Positions 12,305-25,364 of a DNA stretch of 64,000 nucleotides are shown here, one piece after another (position 1 is the first letter of the stretch; every line of letters starts with the position of its first letter). The notes beneath the pieces were generated by a model. The model ran no database searches. It saw only the letters and a program-made list of their open reading frames with translations, and had not been told where the DNA came from. This DNA is from Phoronis australis (lineage: Eukaryota; Animalia; Phoronida), in assembly GCA_002633005.1 (NCBI GenBank), contig NMRA01000701.1, forward strand, positions 14,053-78,052, in the 5' to 3' direction. Both the position numbers and the translations under genes were made by a program.

Positions 12305-15300
12305 ATGGCAAGTGAAGAAACACCGAAGATTAATGACACACAAAATGTTACTGACTACTCCAGTGTGGGTGGTCTATTGCAAGGGTCTACGGAGAAGCGT
12401 GAGGAATTGAATGTGTCCCATCCTTCTAAGTTATGCTGGACTGAAGAGCAAAGATCTCCAAGTGAACAGGGTCACGTATACAGTGCTGAATGTGACAGAA
12501 AATCAAACTCTTCTAGTGGCAGCGCATCTTCATTTGTGGCTGGTGTAAAAGGGATTTTGTCGCAGACAAATCGTGTCTCCATTGTTAAAGCTGACAGTCC
12601 AGTACATAGTCAAGATCCAGAAGGAATTACACATTGTACCAGCGTCATAACATCTCTAACTACCCTGAGAGACACAGTTACTCCTTCCGCACCGAGGCCT
12701 CCCAGTGATGAGTTGTATGGGAGCGATGAAGTTCTTTTGGATACCCCCCAAAACAGCAAGACGTCTGGAAAGGATGATGACGAAAATTCTTCTGTGAACA
12801 GCTATGATTGCAGTGCTTCAGTTCGCGAAACATCATTCGTCGTGGGTAGGAACTACGAATGGCACGGCACCAATCACTCACCCAATGTGATTGTGGATAG
12901 GTTTGAACCTTTTCGATGTAAACGAGTTGTAACCAAACAGTCAACAGATGGCGTTCGAGGTTGGGAAGGGTTTACCAGTGGCTACCATTCATTTGAGATT
13001 GAATTCAACAATAAGCCTTGGGGATCCTTCTGTTCTGTGGGTGTCTGTACAGAAGATGCTGATCTGCATGTGGATGGTAAGGCATCCATCTCTGTGTGAA
13101 GAGGATTTTTCAATAGCCACATGGTGCCCCATCTTTTGTTTTGGTTCGGGTTTTGGGGTGGAGTGTTTGTAGTGTGACGTTCACTATGGTCTGAATGGAG
13201 TTTGCTAATGGCTTAGGTAGGTGTTGATCTGTCGCCTCAAATTCGATTTATCACCTAATACTTGATCTATATTGGGGTCCGTTGTGACTGCTTTTAAAGC
13301 AAGACCAAATTAGTTTTTGGAATAAACTCAACAACACCAGTTTCGTCATGTAAAACCAACTTAATCTGTCTCAATCTTGGTTAAATCTCGACAATGTCTC
13401 GATAGTTGTTGACCCATCCATGCTGTGGTAATGATGACAAGTAACTGCACAAGTCCATTAAATGACTGTGCAGTTAGTGGCTAAGTGCAATAAAGTCACA
13501 TTAAACTTTGTTGAAAATTAGACACAAAACACTATTCTAATGTGACTTAAGTTTGACTACACTGCCAAATAATTTTCTAGAAGCAAGATGTTTATTCGAG
13601 TCTGGCAGAGTTGTGCCAAAGTCTGTTTAGTTTAATTTGTAAACTACTATTTCTCTGTATAGTGCTTTAAATGCTTGTTGTTAATTACCATAGAAATTAG
13701 ATATTGGTTGGAGACCAGGGAACTTTACTCAAGACTTTGCGCAAAAGGTTACCATCAGCATCAATTTTTTTTTTAATTGCAATTTTCAAAATAGTCTGAA
13801 AAAGTGTTTCCTAAGTTAGTCTGTTCCATCGCATTGTGTTGTGTTTGTTGTTTGAATTAGGACCATTTACGTTTTACTAATAATGTTTCCCATTGTTTAG
13901 CTTATGAAGTTCTTCTTGGAAGAGATCTGCAAAGCTGGGGCTGGGACATTCCTTCAGGACGGCTGTATCATGGTGGACGTGACATTGGAAAGTTTCCTAT
14001 TGGATATAAAGACCCCTTTCCAAAGAAATTTGTGTATGTTTCCTATTAAATGTAAATAACTACCATGCCATTAGATACCAAAAGCATTCAATTTAGTTTT
14101 ATCTGTTTTAGATGTGGATTTCATTACATTAGAGGTCATTCGATTGATTTTTCTCATCAGTCGATATTTGGTCTAATACTCTGAACTTTCCACTAAAAGA
14201 AAACCTTCGGATGGCACTGATTTCTAGAGATGAATGAGTTTGTGAGACTATAGAGATAACATTTTTGGGGAGAGACAATATGGGCTGGAGTAGTAGCTTC
14301 AAAAATGATGGAGTTGCAAACCAAAACCAGACTTCATGCTTTTAGTCTTAATAGATTAACCTTCAGAATGTTCAATTTTGCACTGTGTCAGCAGCTCTTC
14401 TTAGCTTTAGCTAAGTATTTAGAAAATTAACCAAAAGAGAGTTGATCAGAGAACTACACGTTTTGTAGTAAATTGAAACGACATTTTGGTATGTGCACCA
14501 ATTAGCGGACACATTGTGGGTATCTTGAATGTACATTCAACATTAGGTGTCTCGCAAATGTTTCAAAGATAAGTAGCACCATATATTCTTTTACTGTTTT
14601 CAAGTTATGGAGTATACTGCCAATAGTTGACAATTTAGATAGTGTAATTTTCGCCTCACAGGTTGTCCATATTTGGTGAGATTTTAGCATAGCCTGATAC
14701 ATGTGCAAAATGCAATCACTAGCACAACAACGTCTCTGTTTTTGTCTTAGCTATCATTCAGCACATAGCAAATTAAGAGTTTGTAGCTTTTGTGGTAAAT
14801 TTGCGTACAACGTTGAGGTAATGGTGTTTGAATATTTTAGGCTGACTTTGAACTTGAGCGATTCTATGCCCAATGCAGTGATCACCTGGTATAAAGGTGT
14901 GAGAAAATTTAAGCAGATCCTGTTCTCAGGTAAGTACCAAAATTGGTTATTAATTTAGAAATTACAAGTACTGATGTATTAAATATTTCTGAGTATTGTG
15001 TTGAAAATTAAGATTTCAAATTTCTTGGTAAGTTGTACCCTTAGGCTAATATTAACCCTTAACGTTGCCTCTAACATCTATTGCACCCTTAAATCAGAAC
15101 CATATAATTGATTATTTAATCTCTGCTCTACTTTCAAACCATTTTCAATGATTTTCAAGCAAACGTTGCAAGTACTTAATATTTAAAAAATATGTCTAGG
15201 CTGAATTCGATGCTTTGAGAACAAAAGAGGAATTTTGGACTTAATTTAGATGGTCAAAAGCGAACTCAAAAGAACAAAAGGCAACTAAATGTTTTCAAAT

Positions 15301-18300
15301 TACCTTTCAGTGCAGTAAGGTTAATACCATTCTTAAAAAGATCTCATTAATATTCATGAGATGTACGAAAAGTGAGGCTAAGCACAATATTGTAATGACC
15401 ACCTCCACTTTGTGTGCAGGCTGTCTGTCATTGATTTTTTTGAAGAATTTAAATGAAAGAGCTACAGAAACTCTGAGAATGAACAGATTCAAATATTCTA
15501 CAAAAAATTCTAATAACATAACATAACAAAATAGAATCGTATTCGGTCGTAGGAACCACAGTTGGCAAGTCAAGTCTGGGTATTGACTCAGATATTTTGT
15601 GGTCTCGTTAGTTGTGACTAAAAGAACAAAACTGGTGAAAGTTTATAATAATCTTTAGTGACATATTTAGATATATAAGAACATAAAAGTGGAGTGTTGT
15701 GTAAAGCAAACGTACCAGCCCAGACGGGGCTGAAGAACTGGAAAAGTGCTACTCGATGTCAGTTTTCCAACGCCAGAAGCCAGTATTTATCAGAGAAAGT
15801 GCATTTTATGTGAGCTAAATCCTCCCAGGGTAGCACAAAAATCAGTTTCCATAACTTTATTATTAACTTGCACTAATTTTCATTCTGTGTTTTCTTTGCA
15901 GATATGAATTTGTTATAACTTCTTATTGTTGGGTAGGCATTAGACAGTTTAATTCTTTCTAGCTTGCATCCCCGCTATCTAGTGCTTGACTGGATCCCAA
16001 CATTTACGCAATTTGCATATCATTTGAAAACAAAGACTATTCCAGTACGGAAACTGAGCAGTTCTGTAGTTCACACATATAAATGCAGTGTTCAAACCGT
16101 TCTCACATCTAAAAATTGAGGGTCGTTCCTGAGTACCTTTTGATGACAACCCGCGATCTCCTTTTAAAAACAAGTCCAACAGCATTTTGAAGAACATGGC
16201 ATAAAGCACTGTATCTCAGAAATTTCACTAGAGTCGGATCCGCTGTTTCTAAGATATGATGTTCCAAAGGTTGCCAAATTTGGATTTTTTCGAGAGTGTT
16301 GCATAACATGAACCCTGAAGTTTGTTTGCATGCTTCCACTTCACAATTGTGTATTAAAGGTTTAGCATGTCATAATCTAAAAATGATTTTTAAAAAATGA
16401 TTTCAGCAACAATTTTCTCTGAGACTTTGCATTTTTGCTCAATTGATATTTTCATAAATAGTTGTGTAGAGCGTGACCATGGGCCTGTTTAAGACTTAAG
16501 TCAGAAATTTGTTCATATGCCCCTCGCAACTGTTTCTGAAAATTAATTAAATCTCAGGTGAGGGGACGTGAAAAATCTCTGAAAATATAAACAATAATTG
16601 CTAGTTACTGAGATAATATCTATAAACTGTTTATAGACGGCGATGTGTTCATACTTACTTGACTACTACCTTTCGGATATAGTAAGATATAACGTGCCCA
16701 CATTTTGAGAACCAGTTTGATGCCTGCTATTCAGTTGAGAAAACTGGTTCTCAAAATTCGGGCACGTGATATTCGACCATTACCCCTTTTTCCAGCAACT
16801 GTGAAGTAGGAGTGCAAGACCAAATTTCTATCCTAAGTCTCATGTCACTTCAAGAAACAGACCCCAGATTTGTGACTTATAAGTCCTTTAGTCACTTTTC
16901 ACAAAACAAACCCCCGATGGCTTAGCTTGGAATGTGGGTAACTTTCTTTCTAGTTTGCTAATCTGTTGTGATGAATTCTAGCAGACCCCCTATGCCATTT
17001 GTTTAAAGCATTGGATATCTTGCATGTGCTATGCTGCTACTTTTGGTCTTTTGTTTTACTTGGTGGATGAAGCTGGCTGATAGTAACTTGTTTTACTTGA
17101 CCACCTGTTATTTGATTAGAACAATCCAGTTGCCACCATCGTTTTAACAATAATACTGTAGTAATAATTCTTAAAAATTTAAAGAGGCATTATCGGATTT
17201 ATGTCCGAAAAACATTTTTATGGTTATTGCTGTATGAGATGGACTTCTTGAATTTATAATCTTTGACTAGAGCTATAAAACAACAGAATCCGTTGTGATT
17301 TTGTAATTTTAGTACATTTTGCCAACTCTCGCCGTTGTCTGTCAGAAATTCATTGAAATGAAGGCCAGTGACTTTACCAGTTAAATTAGTTTAACATGCT
17401 CTGCCATATAGCAAGTCAGATTTAACTCCACCACCAGAATGTTTGACCTTTAACCTCTGGATTGAAGATTCAGTTCTCCATTGAGGCTCAGATCTCAGAC
17501 AATCACTTTTTATTGCCATTTATGTCATTTAAGATGGATTTATTTGTGATTTATATCCTGTAAGAAACAGTTGTTAGCATTTTTGTTCAAAACATTTTAA
17601 TTTAATTTTGTAAATTCTCTATTTGTTATTAATAAGCTGCTGAAGGAAGCTTCGCTTTGGTTGCGATGCAAAGTTCTGGTGATACAAAAATGTTCTTGAT
17701 GAAATAATATCAAACATTTTTCAGTATTGGACACCTCTCGACCTCTGTATCCTGCTGTAGCTTGTTGCTATGGCAACACAGAAGTCTCTATTTGCAATCT
17801 TGCCAAACAGATTCGGAAGCAGAGCATCCGTTCTCTTATCAGCATTTCTGTGACGGATTCGTGGACCTGTTTAAGTAGTTCTGCAAAAGTGTTACCAAAT
17901 GATCCACAGACAATAAGGCCAACTGTGACATGGGCAGATAACTCTTGTCAATGGTTCAGTGTTGTGGCTACAGAATCTGTGCAACACGGTATCCATGTTT
18001 GGGGCTTTAGCCTTCTGCCAGAATACACATCACTGACGAAAAGAAGGGATGGAGAAACTGTTGAAGAAGCTGTATTTAGTGCTAAACAAAATGTGATAAT
18101 AGGTGTTGGTAAGTCAGTGTTAGCTTGGACTGTTTCCCAACCCCCTACTCATTTGGCAAGGCAAATGTTTTTCAATATTATTTTATTGTCTGGGTGCCCT
18201 CATTTTTGTTGCAGCAATATTTTTTCATGTATTGAAGATTTTAAGTCACTTTCCCATTAGGAGAACTTCGGTTTACTGAAGCTTCGTTGAAACTTTGCTT

Positions 18301-21300
18301 ACATTTCCGACTACACAGCGATATTGAAGTTATCGCTACCTATGAAAACTGACAACGCAGTTCTTTCATGCTCTCAATAAAATAATGAGTAGTGGTTTCG
18401 AGGCTAACTGAAAAATGTTCGCCTGCCATTTATGAGTGTTTATGAAAATGATCAGTGTCATTCTTCATCAGATATGCTTTCTTTTATTTATTTATTTCCG
18501 TCTTTTGAGGGCATTTCGGCTATGCTACAATAACAAACAACAATCATGTTTTGCGGGTCTCATGTGATCGTATATCGTTGCCACGACTTCTACCGATAAC
18601 TTCGATGAAGGTTCGGTTTTAGTGTTCCCACTGCACTGAAGCTTTGGTGAGTTTCGAAGCTTCTCTTTTAAATAGTACAATTTTATGCGAAGTTTCGCTT
18701 GCAGATTAACTACCGAAGTTAACCTTTCCCTTCGGTAAAAGCGAAGTTTTGCTTCTAATGGGAACGTGACTGTAGATTGCAAATTCAATGTTTTGAGACG
18801 TAATATATATTTTATTGTCAGTCATTTGAGGGGTACAATATGTCATGGAGTTAGCTGTTAGCCCTTATTGATTAGGCTAAACTTGGTTGAAAAGTGAGCA
18901 ACGTATAAGAATTTTTCTATAAGCTTTGATGCTATTAGGTGTCTAACATTGATCTGTTTGCTTGTTGTACTGGAAATGGAGCCTGAATTGTTGCATTTTC
19001 CGTAGTTCATGTGTGAAACACCTGATTTTAGTTAAGTCATTTTCATTACAGTTGAAAGTGGAAACGACATTGCAGACACTGATATTGACTCATCTGAGCC
19101 AGTGTTCCAGGAGGGAATGTGGGGGTTTGATCCCACTAATGGGGAGCTGTTCACACCAAAGTGCACAGCATCAACTACTGGTTTGTAATTTTTTGTATAA
19201 GCCAGACGTAGTGCATTTGCCCAAAGTATATCATCACGGGTTTTCAACGCATCCTGTGTGTACTGTGTTTCAATTGTTATACACAATATGGCAGGGAAGG
19301 AAGTTGTGAAATTTTTGTTGTAAACCAACATTTTGAGTGAATTTGATAGTGAAATAATTGAAAAATTGCAACAGTATGGCAAGGCATCTGCTAATTATTG
19401 ATTTTTGAGTTCCTGTGAATTAATAACAGCCACAGTTATAAGATTGTACATTATTTGTAGTAATTTAGTTGATGTCTCGCAAAAGATCGTCATTATGTGC
19501 AGAGCCAAGTGTCAATGTTAAAAAAATTTTTATTGCCATCGAGTGCCACCACTTGATATCAGGATGAGGTTATGCCGCCATGCTTAATTACATGTAGTAG
19601 TACAATCTTCTATTTGTTTAGGTTTGTGCATGGATCTCATTCACCAAGAGTTGCAGATGGTTGTTGACTGTGACAGCCGAACTGTACACTACAGCCTGTT
19701 TGGCTGTTCACTTCCTGTTACCATCCAGCTCTCGGATGCCGAAGGACAGGCGTTCACACCTTGTGTATGGTACAGGGGATGTTACCTGCCTGTCAGGTTG
19801 AGGTACATCCATGGGCCTGGTAGGTATATGCAGGAAGTTAAAATTTGACCAAATAAGACTGACATTTTATTGAAGTTAAGCTAACTCCAAAAAATAAACT
19901 GAAAGTCATAAAGTTGTTTGGAAGTCGTGTTAAAAAATTTTGCTAATTGGTTTTTGTCTAATTTTGTCAGCCTGTTACTGCAGTTTTCATTTAATTGGAT
20001 ATGTTCTTAAGTAATGTCTAATACCTTTACTTGATTTCAAACAAAATGGCATTTTTTTATTTGAACGGTGTTATGTTTTAGCTCAGTCTAAAACTTAACA
20101 GTATTTGTCATGGCAGAGTAAGTAGTTTCAAAAGATAATAAACCCTTTTTGATGATTTCCACCAATCCTCTTTTCGTCTCCTACTAATGCAATGTTGGCG
20201 TCTCACTTGAGTGATCAAACCAGGCATTCAACTGAAAACATACTCTTCATGTCATATATTGTATATTATAGTTCTGCAATTGTGGTGTAACTCTCCTAAA
20301 GTATAAGTCATGCTTGTCTATTTAGTAGACTTAGTAAAAAGTTCTCAAATTTTACTTCAAACTTTTGAGGGTTGTCAAAGGTTAGAGCATTATTTTGTTT
20401 TAGATAACTATGAGAAAGCCATTTCTGTTAATAAACCAAAACTGGGTTTTCCTTTTAAATGAGCAAAATTGTCAACCCATAGTATCAGGAATTTAATTAA
20501 GAAATAAAAAGTTGTAAATATTTTTTCTTCTGTTAACTTGGCAGTTCATGCATCGCAGTCTCTTTTCTAGGTAAAAAGTTATGCAGTTTGGAAATGAAAA
20601 AAGATCTCTTGGAAAGAAGTTTGAAGGTCGTGGACAAAGACTTTGAAGAGAGTCTCATGTTTAAATTTCTGTCATTCAACTCTGTCTTTCACGACTGGTG
20701 CAAGTCGGTAGACTACCAACTGTACCAGGTATGGTATCCTCAAATGTACTTTTTTCTAACAGCATGCCTCAGCTCCATGGACAGAATCCGAACTCAAGTT
20801 CAGGAATTCCAGATAATACAAACTAAACTAAGAGGTTCTCACAATCTTACACTTGACAAATTTCCCAATGCACCAGAGACGCGCATCCAGAGACTTGAGA
20901 GGAAAACAATGAATGAGAAATTTTTTGTAATCGAAAATGTATGAAAATGACTTGCATAACCAATGAAGACCACCTTCTTAATAGATGTATGAATTCTTAC
21001 TTTTTGATTTGATATTGAACAACATTAGATCAAAGTTTCAAAGTACATTTCTGCTTCCGTACTGCGCCAAACCAGAGGTGCTGTACCATATCTTGACACT
21101 CACACTGTGTTGTGATTAATATTCAATCATTTACCTTCTGTAGACTGTAGGCAGATGTGAAGCTACCAATACGTCTGACAGCCATGTTTGTCTTGCGCAT
21201 GCAGCTCGCGCTGTCAGCAGTGGATTCCACGCATGGAAGATGACGTTTGATCTAAAAGACCCTAAATGTTTCAGTCTGGGTATTGGTAAGATTGGTTTTC

Positions 21301-24300
21301 AGAGTTTGAATATCTAGTTTGGTTCAAATTGTAATTGATCATTGAAAGGTGTTCTTCTCTTCCTCTTGGTTAAGTAACATGGTTGGCGACAATGTATTCG
21401 AGACCAAGATAGAGTCAAGCCTTAAGTGGTTGTAGTCTAATACTCTGTGCTAGTAGAGTTAAAAGCCAATGCGACAAATGACTGTGAATTTTTAAGGGTA
21501 TTTAAAGTGACATTCTCAGCAAGAAAAGTAACTTTGCAAGAATTAGCAATAGCGCAGAACCAAACCCACCGTCTCTGGAATAGCAGTTAACTGATTTGCA
21601 CCGAGCCAAATCCCACACATCAAGTAGTAGAGTTTTTTCAACGTATTTAAAGTTAAGTGGAAAAGATACTGGCCTTGATTTCAACAAATGTCTGGTAGAC
21701 AACAGCGAGAATTGTGTTGTTTAGTCACATAAATAATGGGTTTTGTTGTTTTATGGCACTGATCATACATGTAGCTGAGAACTTCACGAAGACTCTCTCA
21801 TCTATCAAGAATCCCCAAATACGCTGTAAATATCCCTTTAACCCGTAAGGTTGCCTTCCTTGTTTTCTGGTGAGTGGCTAGACACTCAGGAATGTTGAAA
21901 ATTCTGGTTTTCTAATAATGACATTACGAAATCAACAGATCTTGCTGTTTTATCGCTCTGGTCAAAGCGAATAACTTCAAGAAGACTACCTACCCAACAA
22001 TCTCAAAAACTTTTTTTTTTTTGGGCTAAAACTGGTTATCCCCTTGAAATTACAGTACTTAAGATTTAGGCATTTTGGCAGTTGTTATCGTTTCAGGCCA
22101 TTAAATCACCATTGATAACAAATATAAATGTGCTTGGGAGTCTTGAATGTTATGTTTTAAATTTAAGTTACTAACTTTTGTTTCTGACTAATAATTCAAT
22201 ATCCTATTCTGTCATCATGAACCAAATGTAACAAAATTTCACTTCAAATTACCGTGAGTCATATTTTTTCAACAATCAAGTTTCTTATTCACTCTGTAGG
22301 AACATCAGACATGAGTTTTGAGTATCCAGCCGCTCACTCTGCTCCGTATGTTGGCTCTTGCCTCCACTCGTGGGGATGGGATGTCATGACAGGCAATCTC
22401 TACCATGCCGGACACAGGAGAGGTGTTTATGGACCGTTGTCGCACCTTTTAAAAGTTTCACAAGTATCATGTAGGTTATGCAGGACAGTATTTTGTTTAA
22501 TCTTTGTGGAATGACTTGAAGGGCACACCCACTGCTTTTTGCCTTTGAGTGCAATAAGCCATTAGTGTTGGGATAAACCTATGGCCTGTTATGTTAGATC
22601 TGCCCAATGGCATGTCAAGGGGACCATAGAGTTGTGGTTATCACAGGCTAGTAGCTCTGATGTTATCAAACCTTGGCTCATTCTTCTAATTCCGTTACAT
22701 AACCCAACCCTTATAGTTGGTAAATGGGAGACAATATTATTAAAAAATATTTCATGTTTTTGAAAATGCAAACATGTAAATACAAACAAACACAGCTGAA
22801 ATAATGAGACAATATTGGTTCTGGACAAGAACAGTGTTAAGCGCTTTCATTAGAAACTTGAACACGCAGAGAATTGTTGCATATTTGAATCGTCTCATAC
22901 ATGTATTTAAATAAATTTCCTTTTGTGTTTCAGGCTCCGTTTCTGTAGTAATGTTTCTAGATTGCTGTGAGGGTCAGGTGTGGTTCAAGACTGACGGTGA
23001 CTGCAAACAGCTTGCAGATGGTGCTGCCGCATGTATGTTAAAATTAAAGAGAAAAAATAGTGCAGGTGGTCTGGTGCACGTTGCATTAGATGTACGCAGG
23101 CGTCTCGGCCAGGTCCACTGTACCAAAACCGGAATCCATTTTTCAACAACAAAAATGGATCAACTGGAATTTTCGGAATAATCATATGATCAGAAAATTC
23201 CAGTTGATCCGTTTTTGTTGTTTTAGTTTGTTTAGTTTATGTATTCTACATTCCGATCAACAATGGTATCATTGAGAGGATCTGGATCGCTTCATTTATT
23301 TTCAAATTTATTTTCTGTCATTTATTAATAAACACATTGAACACATACATGTATACATAAAAGAAGACTGAGCTGTTGAGTTAAGTCTCAAGGGTCTAGC
23401 AGTGGAATCCAGTGAGATTCGAACTCCTGACCTTACGAACAGGAGGCAGACACTCAACACACTAGGCCACACTGCCTCATGTTAAAATTAAACAGTACTA
23501 ACTGCAAAATCTCGCCAAATTAGGACACGATATTGCCGACAAGTGAAATTTTCTTTTTTACTTAAGGCGCCAAATAAATCGACGGCTCAAAAATGACCAG
23601 CTCCAGAGTAAGATAAAAATCGATTGAGACGTTATTAACTCCTACGAGCTCTATTTGGACCACAGTATTTTCTACAAACAATATTTTAACTTGCTTTATT
23701 TCGTGTCGTAATTTTTGCGACTATCAAAAATTAATTGGAAATATTCAACACTCGCCATTATGTGAAATGAGACGTCTCAAGGAAACAACCTAAACAGCAC
23801 TCAATGTACCTTTAATGGGTTAGACGCAAAGTCTACTTTTTTGTTATCTTAAGGCAAAGAACGTGGGTCACTTTTCGATGTGTATTTTCAGCTCATAATT
23901 GCCCTTTGACCTTTGAGTGGTACATTTTGCAAAACTGGGGTTTGTTGTTTCAATAGTTAAGGTGAAAAATACAAAGCAAATGTTAAAATGTGCTGCATTT
24001 TTGGTGGAAATGATTAAAACAGCTATGAAAAATGTATACTGGTAGCAGTGTTTGGTGTGTGTTGATTTTATAAAATGATATTTGTATTTTTGTGCAAAAA
24101 AGTGATCAGAATTTTCGCATGCTATTAGAAGTACAATATCTGAGAGTTAAATCTATGTGTGGTCTTGGTTTGTCCTTTTTCCTGAAATACTTTTTACTTC
24201 CAGGTGTTGCTTTCTGTGACCTACCTAGGAATGTTGAGTTCCACCCTGTAGCCACCTTTTCTCAAGGCACCGCCTCTTTAGAGTATTTGGGATCCAAAGC

Positions 24301-25290
24301 AGGTATAGTAGCATGCCTTTCAGGGACTCTTGGGGGAGGCCAGTGGCCAGTTGCATAAAACAGTCCCAAAAGGTACTCCATTGTATTCCCTGAAGTTTCA
24401 GTGCATTTGTAGACTTTAGGCATACATGGATTGTTCTTTTACTGTTACTTTATTTCCATTGCAACATCACATTTAAGCTTTGATATACAGCAAAACTAAA
24501 CTCTATGTTGATTATTCTTTTCATAAATACTGCCGAAAACAAGCAGGTCCGTTTTCATGCCACGTCCTAAATTTAAAACAAATTACGGCAGGTGGTCTGG
24601 TCCACGTTGCACCAAATGTGTGCCAGCCGTGCATGTGGAGCCACTGCACTAATCACGTGGAACTATTTCTATGCTTAATTAATATAGTTATATATAGTTA
24701 AAAGGAGCTTAGAGACTTGTATCAAGGGTCTAGCAGTGTGCCCCAGTGGGACTCGAACTCATAACCTTGACTAAAGGAAGCTGTCACTCATTTCACTTGG
24801 CCCCACTGCATCCCCTGATTTAAGAACCGAGTTCTTATTTCTTTTCTCATATATCAGAAAATGTCATAGGTGAATGAGGAATTCATAATAATGAGACTGT
24901 TAAAAAATATTTGCAAACAAAGTCTACAAATGCGCTGTAAACGTTAGGGAACATTGCTGAGTCCTTGTTGAGACTAATGAATGCTCCCAAAACAACTTCA
25001 ATCCTATTACGAAATAGTGCACGCTATATGGATTTCTGCTCACGCAGTTCGACTGTAGTACAGACCAAGCTGAACTCACTTCTTCAACTGAATTAATTGC
25101 TGCTGCAAATCGATTTATTTTAGTTTTGAATTAGCCAATATTGATTTGTCCTGATTGATAGTTTTTCCTGCACATGGCTTTGAATAGATTTCTCTTGTTG
25201 CAATGCATGAAACTTATTGGGCAGTGTTTGCTTTCAGGTTCCAAAAAATCTTCTGAATCTGCAAACAGCAAGATATGTTTGTTATCATGA
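12305..25290 (+). CDS. SPSB/Gustavus-related protein with three tandem SPRY (B30.2-like) domains and a C-terminal CaaX, about 808 aa
   Basis: Hand-spliced coding exons, all AG/GT-bounded and phase-consistent: 12305-13076, 13901-14033, 14841-14929, 17725-18108, 19052-19180, 19622-19819, 20571-20728, 21144-21285, 22300-22470, 22934-23032, 24204-24302, 25238-25290 (2427 nt, no internal stop). SPRY1 (QSTDGVRGWEGFTSGYHSFEI..GSFCSVGVCTEDADLH..YEVLLGRDLQSWGWD..RLYH..LYPAVACCYGNTEV) parallels the SPSB pattern QSTD.IRGK.G...GLH.W..VVGV.T..A.LH..SWGWD..LYH..LYP.VSAVWG. The GIHVW/GMWGFD/FTPCV and GFHAW/SWGWDVMTGNLYH/FHPVATF sets mark repeats 2 and 3. The N-terminus (about 175 aa) is Ser-rich and low-complexity. 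Confidence 0.85.
18244..18771. mobile_element. MITE of about 530 bp (PIF/Harbinger-like) in a SPRY gene intron
   Basis: TIR AGTCAC(T/G)TTCCCATTAG at both ends, internal cgaag/cttcg subrepeats, flanked by tta/gta. Confidence 0.65.
23385..23478 (-). mobile_element. tRNA-derived SINE head
   Basis: The minus strand reads GAGGCAGTGTGGCCTAGTG (A box)...GGAGTTCGAATCTC (B box)...CACTGCTAGACCCTTGAG. Homologous to the copies at 24.7 kb and 40.3 kb. Confidence 0.75.
24570..24815 (-). mobile_element. tRNA-derived SINE, near full length
   Basis: A-box-like TGGGGCCAAGTG and B box GAGTTCGAGTCC on the minus strand. The body matches 40380-40510, and its 3' part matches 23060-23100. Confidence 0.7.
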
Positions 25291-25364
25291 ATATGGCGGT
25301 GATCTCATGCTGACTACTTGATTGGTACTGAACCCAATTCACTTCACTCTTGGCTCAATGCTAC

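Noticed and set aside
17764-17777. Near-perfect RFX X-box GTTGCTATGGCAAC
   Set aside because: It lies inside a coding exon (C-C-Y-G-N of SPRY1), far from the promoter, and can be explained by the protein sequence.
23385-23478. Possible tRNA genes (also near 24.75 kb and 40.3 kb)
   Set aside because: A and B boxes are present but there is no convincing cloverleaf, and each continues into a shared non-tRNA body, which indicates SINEs.
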